Below, one piece after another: positions 51,143 to 63,147 of a stretch of 64,000 nucleotides of DNA (positions are counted from its first letter, which is position 1; every line of letters starts with the position of its first letter). The DNA lies in NCBI GenBank assembly GCA_030264375.1, contig JASCQW010000119.1, positions 12,294,535-12,358,534 on the forward strand. Direction: 5' to 3'. The translations under genes and the position numbers were made by a program. The DNA comes from Carcharhinus longimanus. Lineage: Eukaryota. The notes under the pieces were generated by a model. That model did not search any database and was not told the DNA's origin. It saw nothing but the letters and a program-made list of their open reading frames with translations.

Positions 51143-51969
51143 CTAAAAATATCAGGAAAGAAGTAATTCTATATATTAGGGAACTCTTGCAAATCAGCAA
51201 TCCTGTAGGTATTTCTTCTAATTGTGAAGTTGATTTTCTAATGAAACTGCAAGGCAAGCAATAAGTTACATTTCTTGGTATCTCATCTTGTAACTTCGTA
51301 CATACTAAAGGATTATGTCCGTGTGTTCTAGACTGGGGGAATTATGTGGTAAAAGGGATAAATATTCTCTTCTTTATGATGCACAAAGTGCATCTAAAAA
51401 AGATCAGAAATTAGATTAACATTGCACACTCTGATATAAAAAATACATTGAGTTTAAACTGATTAGGACATACGACCGTCCCATTCACTGGATGCAACCA
51501 AAAACGTTTGTGAATTATACAAATAATGCAACTGATGTTAGATTTTTAAAAAAATTCTGAGCTGATATCCCCCGATTGAGTCTAAGTAAGTTGGAAATGA
51601 ACACTTTCCACAGTGTTGGATTGTTGTTGATTAAATGAACACAGGTATTTGAAAATTTTTTTTTTCAATGTGGAATGAGTTTTTCATCTTCCAACATTAC
51701 CATTGTTTAGATAATTCAATGTTTTTTGGGAGTCATAAACATAGCAAGTTTCAGAAGGCAGCGTGAAAACTGATTCTGTCTACCTTACCATTCAACTGGA
51801 GACTATACAACGCTAGATATTCCTCCTTACGTTGTTTCAGCAGAACATTCTGCCTTGGCCTGCTGAGTGAGGCTCTTATTTGGTGACACTAATGTTACTC
51901 AGTTATGAAGGGACTGATGATGGAACAACTCATTGACAATTTGCAATTATACATAAATAAAACATGTAC

Positions 51970-52257
51970 CGTCAGAGTGAAGCTGGTGGATGCTGACACT
52001 GTCACCGTGCTCATTGGTTGCAATACAAGTGATCAGGATTCCTATTTGAACTGGATGATTCAGCCTCAGGGAGCTCTCTACCTGATATCTATTCACAGAC
52101 CAGGTAATGATTTCTCTATCTGATCTATTCCCGGTGATGATTCTCCCATTGATGGTCCAGGTCATGTTGGCCAACGGATTAGCGTCAGTGCTGCATGTAC
52201 AATCAGTCCAATTCTCAGATTTGGTGCACAACGGGCCTATTATTATTGCGGGTTTAT
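51970..52257 (-). CDS. Siglec-like receptor, Ig domain 3 (C2-type)
   Basis: YKPAIIIGPLCTKSENWTDCTCSTDANPLANMTW...ITCIATNEHG; phase 1-1, ttgtAG acceptor and G|GTACAT donor. Confidence 0.88.
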
Positions 52258-52409
52258 CTACAAATCATAAAACAAAGCCTTCATTACATAGTGTTATCCC
52301 AACCATTGGACGAATTTGAAATACACATTCAGCTGATTAAAACATGCATGATAACAGTTCAGATATGCTTATTCTAAGACAGTGGAACAAAGAAACAAAG
52401 ATGTAGTTG

Positions 52410-52670
52410 TCACAGGGTTGGCAATCCAGAAACTGAGAGCATGATTTGGGGACCCGTGTTCAAATTCATCACCGAAGATAGTGAAATTGGAATTCAATAA
52501 AAATCTGGAATAAATGTCTAATGATGACCATGAAACGATTGTCGAGAATCATATTTAGTACACTAATGTTCTTTCGGGATGTAAATCTGGCACCCATACC
52601 TAGTCTGCTATACATATAACTCCAGATTCACAGCAATGTGGTTGACTCTCAAATGCTGTCTGAAATGAAG
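52410..52670 (+). mobile_element. tRNA-derived SINE (family of 5870-6222), intronic
   Basis: aatccagaaactgag...tggaattcaataaaaatctgg...ctccagattcacagcaatgtggttgactct. Confidence 0.7.
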
Positions 52671-52984
52671 ACTTGTTAGGGACGCTTTGATGTAAAAATG
52701 ATTTTAAAACAAAACAACACAATGATTATACTGCTTCACTGTGCATGTAGGTACCAAATTTAAAGAGTATTCCCTCCAAACACCTTCCAATGTGGAAAGC
52801 TGTGCCTTTCATTAGGATTTGTCCCGATGAATTTCGGATGGAATAAAACCAGGTGGTAATTCAAGTCTAACTCCAGCCTGAATGAAGAAACAGAATACAT
52901 TTCTGGAACTGGCAGAGTTTTGAGGAACAGAGTGGCTGAGGTTAATTGCAAATATGCTGAAGGGATTAAACAGTTAATATTTAG

Positions 52985-53370
52985 TCTTTCACGGGATGCT
53001 GGTGTCGCTGACGAGGCTAACGTTTATTACCCATTCGAAATTACGTTTGGAGAATGTGGCGCTGAGGTGCCATCTTGAGCCGTGGCAATCCATGTTGTTT
53101 AAATGCACACATATCTCTGGCGGGAGTTACTAGATTTTGACTCTAAGACAATGAAGGAAACGTTATGTAGTTTCAAGAGAGGATGGAAGTGGATTTGAGG
53201 GGAAATTGCAGGTGGTGGTTCCCATATGTGTGCTGCCCTTGTCCTTCCAGATGGCCTTGGTTTTGGAAGGGGCTGATCTGTGAGTTGTTGCATTGTCTCT
53301 TGTTGCTGTCATTGTGCATCAGTGTTGGAGGTACTGAATGTTGACGATGATGAATAAGGTGGTCAATTGA
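52985..53370 (-). mobile_element. CR1-group LINE 3' fragment, intronic
   Basis: ttgcaggtggtggttcccatatgtgtgctgcccttgtccttccag; same family as 6700-7980. Confidence 0.65.
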
Positions 53371-54289
53371 CTGCTGGGTTGCAAGACCTTGCTGTGTACT
53401 ACCGGCTGTTTAAAATGTAATTGCTAATCAAAATAATAAGATATCTGTGAACGCATATTTATATTTCCTTTTGATTTTTGCAAAAAAAGTTTAAAAAGTG
53501 AAATCTTGCACATGTTTTTTTCGTGTTGAGGTTGTTCGTTGAGTTCATCTTTTTTGAGTTCATTGCGTTCCATGGGGATCTTAATGCAAGATATCATGAT
53601 TAAAATTTATGTTGAGAAAGATCTTTATGAAAAATGTGCAGGAGGTCTTCACTGCGATATCTGCTGTTGTGTTTTTTTTAGCGTATTTCACCCATCTAAA
53701 AATGGGTACCACCAAGTCACATACTTTAACAATAAGGAGCAGGTACATCATTCCCATGACGCAGCAAGACTTGCTGAGTATTCCACTCCGTTTGATGCAG
53801 AGTTTTGAGGATTGCAGTGACTAATATTAAATGTCAAATGTAAATATTCCATCAGGATGAAACCCATCCCGTAAGAACCATTATATCAGACAGGAGACCG
53901 CACATTTCGAATGGAAGTTCATCATCTTTAACCTCGACTATTTTTATGCAAACTCATTGTCTTGAGGATGTGCACCCACCATCTCCCGCACCTCTGACCC
54001 CTCTCGACTCTTCAGATCTGCTATGTGAATTAAATACTTTATCACTGGGAGTTCATTAGGTTCAATCCTTAATCGTAACAGTATCTTTGATCTTACATTG
54101 AAGCAGATAGCAGCTTCATAACTTTCACCTTCATGACTCTTTTAGGGAGTGAATCATCCCAGAACAACCTGCTTGAGGATCAAATGGATTCATTGATTTT
54201 ACAAGTTAGAACTGGCAGAAGAAATGCCGGTTTCTGCTTGTTAACTTCAATGGTCAGAACTTGAACACTTGTAACAGTGCCAACAATAG

Positions 54290-54660
54290 ATGTAAATCAT
54301 ATAAGTCATCAAATCCTGCAATTCAGTGGAAGCCGTTCGGCCCGTCGAGTCAGCACTGTTTCTCCGAACGAGTATCGCGCTCACACTCTCTGCCCCGTAA
54401 TCAAATGTATTCACCCGCCATCCGCACCCCCTCCCGTCCCCCCCCAAAAACATCCTGCACAGCTTGGGACACTAAGGGACAATACTAGCATGACCAGTCC
54501 ACCTAAGCTGCACATCATTGACTGTTCGAGGAAACCGGAGCACTCGGAGGAAACCATGCAAACACCAGGAGAACGTGCAAACTTCACAGATACAGACACA
54601 CAATGCCGGAATTGAACCGGGTCCCTCGCGCTTGGGACAGAAGTGCTAGGCACTGTGCCA
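54290..54660 (-). mobile_element. HE1-type SINE, intronic
   Basis: ggaaaccggagcactcggaggaaaccatgca...ttgaaccgggtccct. Confidence 0.85.
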
Positions 54661-54713
54661 GTGTACAAGTGATCAGCATGCTATATAACTGGTAATAATT
54701 AGCAAATACTTAC

Positions 54714-55022
54714 ATTCAATCTCCAAGGTGAGAATTCGTGGGGTAGAGATTGGGAAACCATCAATTAGAATACTACATCCCAGAACAGCTTGGTGATGAA
54801 TAGATGATGGAATCATTGTCAGCTCAGATAAAACTGTCTGATAACCTCCACTTTCATTCCGATTTCCCGCTTCGCTGATATCCCAGGGAAGTGGCAGAGA
54901 CAAGTTGTAATGTGTCCATTTCACTTGAATGTTTACCTTGGGGCAGTTGTGACGGATTGAACAGGTTAACCTTTTCTTTTGACCAACAATCATTTTCCCC
55001 GACCCCGAAATATGCGGCTTTT
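54714..55022 (-). CDS. Siglec-like receptor, Ig domain 2 (C2-set)
   Basis: EKPHISGSGKMIVGQKKRLTCSIRHNCP..IQVKW...SELTMIPSSIHHQAVLGCSI; Siglec domain-2 CxxxxxCP pattern; phase 1-1, canonical sites. Confidence 0.9.
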
Positions 55023-55219
55023 CTGGTCGAAAGAGAAAAGCAAATCAGGGTCAGAATAATTTGTCACTTGAGAAGTGAAGTGGATCTGTTCCAAAGAAAA
55101 TCCGAGAAAGAAGTTTGTTTTTAAAAAACAAACATCATATTTAGAATAATAATCATTCGGTCTTTTTGTGGATGGGTTTGTTATTCAGAATTATTCATTG
55201 GAGTTATAAAGGGGTTTTA

Positions 55220-55490
55220 ACTTTATTTATTATCACAAGTAAGCTTACATTAAAAGTGCGATGAAGTTATTGTGAGAACCCACTAGTCGCTATACTTCAG
55301 CGCCTTTTCATGGACACCAAAGGAGAATTTCGCATGGCTTTTGGAGAAACCGGAGCATCCAGAGAAAACCCACGCTGACATTGACAGAACTGCAAATTCC
55401 ACACAGATGCCAACCTAAATCTGGAATCGAACCCGGGTTCCTGGAGCTGTGAGGTAGCAATGCTAACCACTGTGCCACCGTGCCGCCCAT
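55220..55490 (-). mobile_element. HE1-related SINE variant, intronic
   Basis: gagctgtgaggtagcaatgctaaccactgtgccaccgtgccgccc head; tail as at 19660. Confidence 0.85.
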
Positions 55491-55731
55491 ATTTCTCACT
55501 GGACATTACATGGTCTTACTTAATTAATCATTTGTCTATTTTTTTCCTCTAAGTTAACCAGACAGTCAGGGTGGATTAATGTATTTTGAACTGGATCGAC
55601 TGCTTGTTTCTCTGCAAACTTTAATCCAACTTATCTTTGAGCTCAGCTGGAACATTAGGGTATTGACTGTACTTGTACCTTCAAATTGAACACTCGGAAT
55701 GAAATCAAAAATAAAATAAATACAAACTCAC

Positions 55732-56106
55732 CTGAAACAGAAATGTTAACCATAGAATGTTCAGCGGCTTGTTCTTGGGAGTTATCGCTGATTTTCAATA
55801 TGAATTGGTAGGTGCCCTCATCACTCTTTCTGACATCACTTATGAGGAGCGAACACTTTCCCTCTCTAATGTTTCCCTTGAACAGCGATCTCCCAGCATA
55901 GATTTCCTGCTGCCTCAGAGGATCTTTTGAATGAAAAATTGTTGTGGCTCCCGGGTTAAGAGGATCAGAGCTCACCTTTATCCACATTGCAATCAGATTG
56001 ATGTTATTGACTGGGTAATCAAAAGTACACTCGATCACTGCACATGAACCAGTTACTGTCTCCACAACTTTTGGCAGCAGCACAGTGGCTTGAGCACGAG
56101 AAAAAA
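55732..56106 (-). CDS. Siglec/MAG-like receptor, N-terminal V-set Ig domain
   Basis: VTGSCAVIECTFDYP...W...IFHSKDP...YAGRSLFKGNIREGKCSLLISDVRKSDEGTYQFI. Siglec-type B/E-strand cysteines; acceptor ttgttcAG, donor G|GTGAGT. Confidence 0.92.
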
Positions 56107-56527
56107 CTGAACAATAAAGCAACAGATTTCATTCAGTGTTATTCTTAAACTCATCGCAACGTCTTTAAAGATCATTACTTAATTAACAAAAATATCGTTT
56201 ATCAACAACTTTTTGACAATTAATATCAGTGTTAAATAATTACTAACAAGAACCCTGACTAAAGCATTCACTAGAGCTTTTGTTTTTTAATGGAATTTGA
56301 GAACCAGCAATAGACATATTTAACATTGGATTAACGACCAACTGCATATCTGTTAAAATGTCAAGAAATAGGTTTCTCTCTGACCAGTTATATCTCGATG
56401 GAAAAGAAAATATAATCTCCATCTTCAGTAATTCTCTCCTCAATTAGTCCTTTATTTAATACATATTGCTCATTCCCAGAATATATATTATCTCCAGTGG
56501 AAATGCCACAAAATTAAAGAGAAATAC

Positions 56528-56570
56528 CTTCAGTTAATGCCATGAAAGAAGTGAACACCCAAATCTGCAT
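56528..56570 (-). CDS. Siglec-like receptor, signal-peptide exon
   Basis: MQIWVFTSFMALTE plus G, donor AAG|GTATTT, phase 1. The ATG is preceded by ttttgcAG|tc, suggesting an upstream non-coding exon. Confidence 0.75.
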
Positions 56571-57149
56571 GACTGCAAAATGTTGCTGATTTCAGTGACC
56601 AGACGAAGAATCCATTTCATATTCCATCAGATTTAGCTTGCTGAATTATAGTTGCTCATGACATCTCGAATTTCATGGTCCATCAGCATCGAGGCAGCTA
56701 ATCTGTAGCTTCCAATATTCAGGAATTATGCATCAACATTGGACCTCGTTTGTCAGCTCAGTAATTAGCATACCTTTCATAGGCTCTGAATGAGAATTCG
56801 ATGCGAAATGAGCTATTATGGTACATCCGTCAGATCGTAAATAATATTCAAGACACCGAAGAAGATGTCTAGCAGGTATGCTCGATTTAATATAAATCAC
56901 TCTTCATTAGACGTCTGTCGAACCAATGTAGAAGAAGACATGAACCGTGCTGAATCTGATTTTCACATAAAGCCCAAACGCCCTCTTAATTACGGCTCAG
57001 AAAAGGACAGGACGTCATTACCACTTTACTGGAATGCTGAAAATACAGAGCTTGTATTCAATGTGTATTACAATGGTAACATACAACACTGACATCAGCT
57101 AGTGTTTGTCTTGTCTGTTGTGCTTTTTGCAAGAGACGGCTAACACTCT

Positions 57150-57220
57150 AACTTCCTGATACCTGTTCCAACTTTCAAAATCGTTTACAGTGTTAAAACC
57201 ACATATGTGGTCGGAACAGG
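57150..57220 (-). promoter_or_regulatory. Candidate promoter or 5' UTR exon of the Siglec-like gene (RUNX palindrome, ETS site)
   Basis: Perfect palindrome ACCACATATGTGGT at 57198-57211, CAGGAAGT (minus) at 57151-57158, donor-like CAG|GTATCA near 57162. Confidence 0.35.
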
Positions 57221-59136
57221 TTCTAATGTCAATTGATTATTGCCTGTCCCTTGTTTTCCGCTCTATGTGCTAACGTTATCTAATTTTAGCTGCTTCTCTA
57301 TTTTCTACCTCTGTTAACCTTGCTAACTTTGCAGTTTCCCCTTGCATGAGTTTCCTTAAGCTAATTTCTGTTAAGGTCATAGTTCATTCTAACCCAATAA
57401 TTCATTTTTAGTGATTTTTGGGCTTCTAGGCCCGTCCTAGACTGAAGTCCGTCTACACACACAAACAACAAATCATTCTCCCCTTCGTATTACCAACTAC
57501 ACGATAATATTTGACTGTCCATAAGAAGGGCAATGTCAGAATTGTAGATTGTTTCCATTCACAGAGAAGTGTCAGGCAGTCAGTACTAAATGGACGCTGG
57601 GGACCTGGACACATAATTAGTTCAGAAGCTGAGGTCTTTAGAATTATAGTTTCATCATCTTCACAGAATCGTTCATCAATGTAAATAGCAAGAGTATTGA
57701 AATTGCATTGATGCATCTCAAAGAGAGATATGCTCGGTGAAGGAAAGACGGATTCTATTGCACATTCTGTAACGTTTTAATTTGAAATCTATTTACCCTG
57801 GCATGGAATGAATATTGTAAATATCAAGTATATTACAATTATAAAGGCACCCGAAAATGGAACTGCTTGTTTGGAAGGTGGTTGGATTTTATTGCACTTG
57901 CTGTAATTTCAAGTCAGAATGTTTTGTAATGAACTTTACGGATTTTATGAAAAACATGATTATTTTTGTGGGGGGAGGGTGGGGGAGGGGGGAAAAGTAT
58001 GAAATCAGAGACAGGCATTGTTTCTGAGAAAACTGTACGAAGTTATGCAAATCAGTCAGTAATTTTTCACCAAGTGATTGAACTTTTATTACACCTACTA
58101 TAATATTGTGCAATATTACTGGAACAATCCACAATTCTACTCAATTATTCAAGTGTGTTTTTTTAAAGGTTCTCCATCTGGTCTGAACTGTGAAATATGA
58201 GTTTGATTTTTTTTAATTTCGTCCTAAATGCGAATTCTTCTGAAATGCAGAGAGGGAAAGCAAAGGAAACACACATCTCGGCTAAACTGTTCAGTGTGGG
58301 ATAACTGTTGCAGCATGATATACCTTATTAATTTTGAAGGGCAAGTAGGGGTGGACAATAAATCCGAGCCTCGCCAGCGACGCCCGCATCCTTTACATGC
58401 ACAATTTTAGAAATAAAAAGGCGGCATGAATCTGATCCAAGTTCTGTCCAGGTCCATGGATTCTATTCGGGAAAATGTTTAGCTCGATTATTAAAACTCA
58501 TCTTCAGGAAACGATTGGGTGCGTTCCAGAAAAAAAATGACAACTGACTGATTACATAGATCCTCTTCTCAGTCTACTACAGACAGCAGGGAAATTATTG
58601 AGTTATAAAGTATGTTTTTGTGGAGCAGGTAATGATCTATACATTTAAACATATAGAACTGGATGTGTGAGCCTGGAAGACAGCAAGTCAGTTCCTAGCA
58701 GTGAAATGTTTTAACAAAGTTTCTTATTTAATTCCTTCCTTCCAGTTGATCCCCCTGATTCAGCTGCAGACATTTCTAACTCAAAGTTTACACATTTTTA
58801 GGATTCAAGCTGCAAAACCGAATGAACGTTAGAGCTTGCCATAACGCTAACTGTCCTTTGTAAAAGGCTGACTCATTCTCCAATCCTTTCTCCTAGCCAT
58901 ATCTGCGACGTCAGAGATAAGAGTTTTTGTAACGGAACAGTTTGAAGCGATGAGAAATCATTCTTTTTTATTTTATATTATTTGTCAATTTATATTCACT
59001 ACCTTGTCTGGCCCGAATTAACTAAAGCGTCCTTATCTGTAGGTTGTTTCACAATGTTAGTGTGAGGTTTGGATTTTGTTACATGAGCAGATTTTTTTTT
59101 GTGTGTGTTAACGCTGAATGTCACATAACGCCTCCC

Positions 59137-59350
59137 TAAGCAGGCTCATAACACCCGGTTGAAGCCCAACAGGTTTATTCGCTGTCACCAGCTTTCGGAG
59201 CGCTGCTCCTTCATCGCGTGAGTACATGTTGACTTACCTGATGAAGGAGGAACGCTCCGGAAGCTCGTGAGACCAAATAAATCTCTTGGATTTTAACTTG
59301 GTGTTGTGAGGCTTCTTACTGTGCCTACCACAATCCAACTCCACATCATG
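59137..59350. mobile_element. Penelope-like element termini arranged as an inverted repeat, with degenerate hammerhead cores
   Basis: Arms ccaacaggtttatt..agctttcggagcgctgctccttcatc / ctgatgaaggaggaacgctccggaagct..aataaatctcttgg. Confidence 0.6.
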
Positions 59351-59377
59351 GCAACATAAAGTCACAGTTGGAATGAG

Positions 59378-59720
59378 AGGCATGATGGCGTAGCGTTAAT
59401 GTTTATGGAATAATAAGTGAAAAATCCAGGGTAATTCTGAGGACGTGGATTCTGATCCGACCATGGCAAAATTATGAGTCTAAAATAGATACTTAAAGCC
59501 AGCCTCGGTGATGCTGAACATGATTTATATACTTGATTGTTAAATAACGCATGGAAAACTGCTATCCTTACCTTTAACCTATATTGTCTTCTGACGCACA
59601 GTTAAGTTGAATCTTCTGTCTGTAACGGCTGAGCACGGTATTAGGTTTAGGGGAAATTAGGGATGGACATCAAATACTGGCCTTCCCAGTGATGTCCCAC
59701 ATCTCGTGAAAGTAATTAAT
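59378..59720 (+). mobile_element. Decayed tRNA-derived SINE (family of 5870-6222)
   Basis: gaggcatgatggcgtagcg head; ggaaattagggatggacatcaaatactggcc tail. Confidence 0.55.
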
Positions 59721-59980
59721 ATGAAAATGGTGTTTTAAAATTTGTAATGTGGAACATTGACAGATATTCAAGTCTATCTTTCCCCAGCATTAAACTGAAT
59801 TAAACCGGTGTTAACTGAGCCAGGATCTAAAATTTGCAGCTCAGAGCAAGATATATTTTGAAGTAATATTAGTCAGTGGANNNNNNNNNNNNNNNNNNNN
59901 NNNNNNNNNNNNNNNNNNNNNNNNNNNNNNNNNNNNNNNNNNNNNNNNNNNNNNNNNNNNNNNNNNNNNNNNNNNNNNNN

Positions 59981-60135
59981 ATTTCTGATAGACAAGGGAA
60001 TTAAGGGTTATGGGGAGAAAGCGGGAAAGTGGAACTGATTCACTTCAGATCAGCCATAATCTTATTGAATGGCGGGTAAGGCTCGAAGGGCTAGATGGCC
60101 TACTCCTGCTCCTAGTTCTTATGTTCTTACGTTCT
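59981..60135 (+). mobile_element. CR1 3' end
   Basis: cagatcagccataatcttattgaatggcgg...ggcctactcctgctcct...ttcttatgttctta. Confidence 0.8.
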
Positions 60136-61289
60136 TATCTGGTTTGCTCATTTTCGGCTATTGGTTATCACGTCCCCCTTATGGTTAAAACTGAAGCTAA
60201 CAATACAGATGGTCTCAATTGCTGCAGGATTACTTTTGCAATGTGGTTTCAACTGCTGTTTGTTTGTGCAGTCAGCTTTAACCCTAAATTGATGGGATGC
60301 AATGTGCCAGCAAACATTACAATCCATAGTTGTTCTTTCCTATATTTCCACAGTAACACATTGTTTTAATGCTTCGTGATTGTCTTTTTGTATTTAATTA
60401 GCAGTCCTCTGATTCAATACTACCATGTTTTATAAACCATGAAAAAGAAATCAAAGAAGCAGTACTACCTTTTGATCTAGCGTTCCATTCTGGAATTGTC
60501 CTGTCCAGTTCGTAACAGAGAAGAAAGTGTTTTTTAATGGTTGTGTGTTGGTTCCATTGCTGCTGCCATAGGCCTCTGCTGTTATTCCCTGGCACAATAA
60601 TCATAGTCATACAGGGTTACATGATTAAACGCGAGCAATAACATGGTGAAGTAAATGCAGATTTTCTTCACAAACTTTATAGATGCCATCTGCCCCCTGA
60701 TGTGAGGGATTAGGGTGTGTTTGAGGACTGGGAGCCAGGAGAGTCTTGCTATTGTTAACCTTTATCTCGGCACACTCCCCTTGTGCACAAGTGAAAAAAT
60801 AACTAACAATCTGATTGTGCTGCTTGTTTGTTAGAGCCTTTCTTGAAGTCGAGATTTCGGCATTATTCCTCTACTACTTTGACCTAGCACTTACATACAT
60901 GTTTAACATTATTTAGGATGAGAAAAATGCATTTTAAATTATAATCGTCTCATCAGCACCCGAAATCAATACTTGTGGATTTTACCTCAGAATGCATCTA
61001 GAGCAGGCTCGAATGCCAAAACAGTCTTGCTGTTGGGAGGGTACACAGATAACCATTGCTGCGTTGAGCTGAGTATCTCCAAAACTGGTATGGGATGAGT
61101 CCCGGTGCACAATTTTTGCAGTCCATTAGATGATGGCACTCTGTTCAGTGTGGAGTAATGACAGCATTTTCTTTTTTTGCAATCATTCAGACACAAATTC
61201 TCCCAGGAGTAATTTGAATTACAAAGAGAAAAAACACTGCAGCACAGGACAAGATCCTTCGTCGACACCTCCCTAAACTAAAAACCTTT

Positions 61290-61860
61290 CCCCTCTATGC
61301 AGTTTCTATCCTTCTATCCCCTTCCCATTCATGTGAGTCAATTTGCCTCTTAAACATTGTTATTGTATATAATCCTACCACCTCGTCTGGCAACACATTC
61401 CAGGCACTTAGCACCTTTTGCGTAAAAAAAAACAACCTCTAAATCTCCTTTAAACTTTCCCTCTTTTACCTTAAACCTTTGTTCCCTAGTAATTTGCAAT
61501 TCTACTCTCAGACTAATCATTTTATCCCTGCCTCACATAATTTTGTAAACCTGAATACCAGCAGCTGAGGTCGCCCCTCAGCCTCATGTTCAAGGAAAAA
61601 CAATCAAATTTGTCCAATCTCCCCTCATAGCTAACTACCTTCCAAATCAGGCAACACCATGGCAGGGCATCACTGTGGCACCGTGATTAGCAATGCTGCC
61701 TCACAGCACCAGGGACTCAGGTTTGATTCGTTTCTGCACCTGCTTCAAAGTTGTCGCATCGTTCTGCTGTTTGGCAACCAGAACCATGTGTAATGTCTAT
61801 ACGTGGCCTACCAAAGTTTGAAGCAGCTGCAATCTGACTTGCCAATTTTTATGCTTTGGT
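61290..61860 (-). mobile_element. CR1 3' fragment with an inserted SINE head (about 61662-61730, + strand)
   Basis: cacattccaggcact...aatctcccctcatagct...caggcaacacc; SINE head tggcaccgtgattagcaatgctgcctcacagcaccagggac. Confidence 0.6.
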
Positions 61861-62999
61861 TGAACTAGTGTTAGCTGAGCCAGGTCTATGTATTCTATTT
61901 ATGACAAAAAGGCCAGTTTCAGAGTTCAGTTGATTTTTAAAATTAATTTCAATTAATTTTAAACATTATTTTACGCTTGTCTGAGCCCCTTCCTCCCACT
62001 GGCAAAATTTTCCTCAAATTAATAGAATTGGGATGTTGCAAATGGGTGTTTACAAATGGACCATGTGGTGTACTGTCCAGGCCACCCAGATTTAACTCTG
62101 ATTTGGCTGAAATATTACGTTTTTAACAGTTAACTAGCTCAATAGATTATAGTTTTATTCCGTGGGTCTGAAGTTCAAACAAATTTCAATTCAATTTTAT
62201 TGAACATATTGAACTTTCCATTCTGAAATGCTTACACTAAAGATTTTTGCATGAAATGGAATATAAATTGTAAGTATTACAATTGCATCGAGGTCTTGCG
62301 TATTATGTAAGGAGAGAAATTTCATTATATTGGACTTTAGAATATTTTGAATTTGAAATGATTTCACCCTCAGGTTGTGTGCAAACATGGAATCTACATT
62401 CTAAATATCAGAATTTGCTATTCAAATTCATCATGAAGTGTTATTTTAACTTAGCATAACAGAATCAGAGCAATTTAACAGTAAAACATGGTTTTAAATA
62501 AAAGTCACCACAAGAAACAAACAGTTCAACGTGGTCTCGAAACAGTTGCTGAGTTGTTCACAGTTGACAACCCTCAGCTCAGAGTTAGTCCATGTTCATA
62601 TAAAAACGTCCCAGATAAAGGAGATCACTTTACAGGGCAGGTTACATTCAATCCTAGAAATAGCAAGTGTTTTAAAATGACTTTGTCACATATTTGACAG
62701 AAACGTTCAACATTTTAGGAGGATATGTCGATGCAGATAGGAAGAAAAATCTCTTTCCATTGTGGAAAGGCTGAGTAAACACATCATTTGAACAGATTGA
62801 CCAAATAAAAATGGACCACCTGAGGAGAAACATTAGTCAAAATTTGAAAAGCGCTGCTGGACAGTGTGAGACATATGGGAACTTTGGACAACACCATTTG
62901 AATGGACCTTGGAAATATAAATAACTGTAGGCTTACGGGGAATGCTGTAGGACAATAAGCCCAAGTGAGTTGAACTAACAATGAGTTATTATAGATCAG

Positions 63000-63145
63000 T
63001 TAGAAGTCGCACAATACCAGATCAAGGTTGACCAGATTTATGTGAAATCACAGTTTTCAGAGCGCCGATCCTTCATCAGTTGAGTGGAGAGGTGGGTTCA
63101 CAAACAGCATATATAGGCAAAGATGCAATTGCAAGGTAATGATTG
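63000..63145 (-). mobile_element. Penelope-like fragment with hammerhead-like core
   Basis: Minus strand ctgatgaaggatcggcgctctgaaaa; same family as 59137-59350. Confidence 0.5.
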
Positions 63146-63147
63146 GA

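Noticed and set aside
60985-61140. Exon-like segment with acceptor and donor on the minus strand
   Set aside because: All three frames contain a stop and no recognisable domain or partner exon was found.
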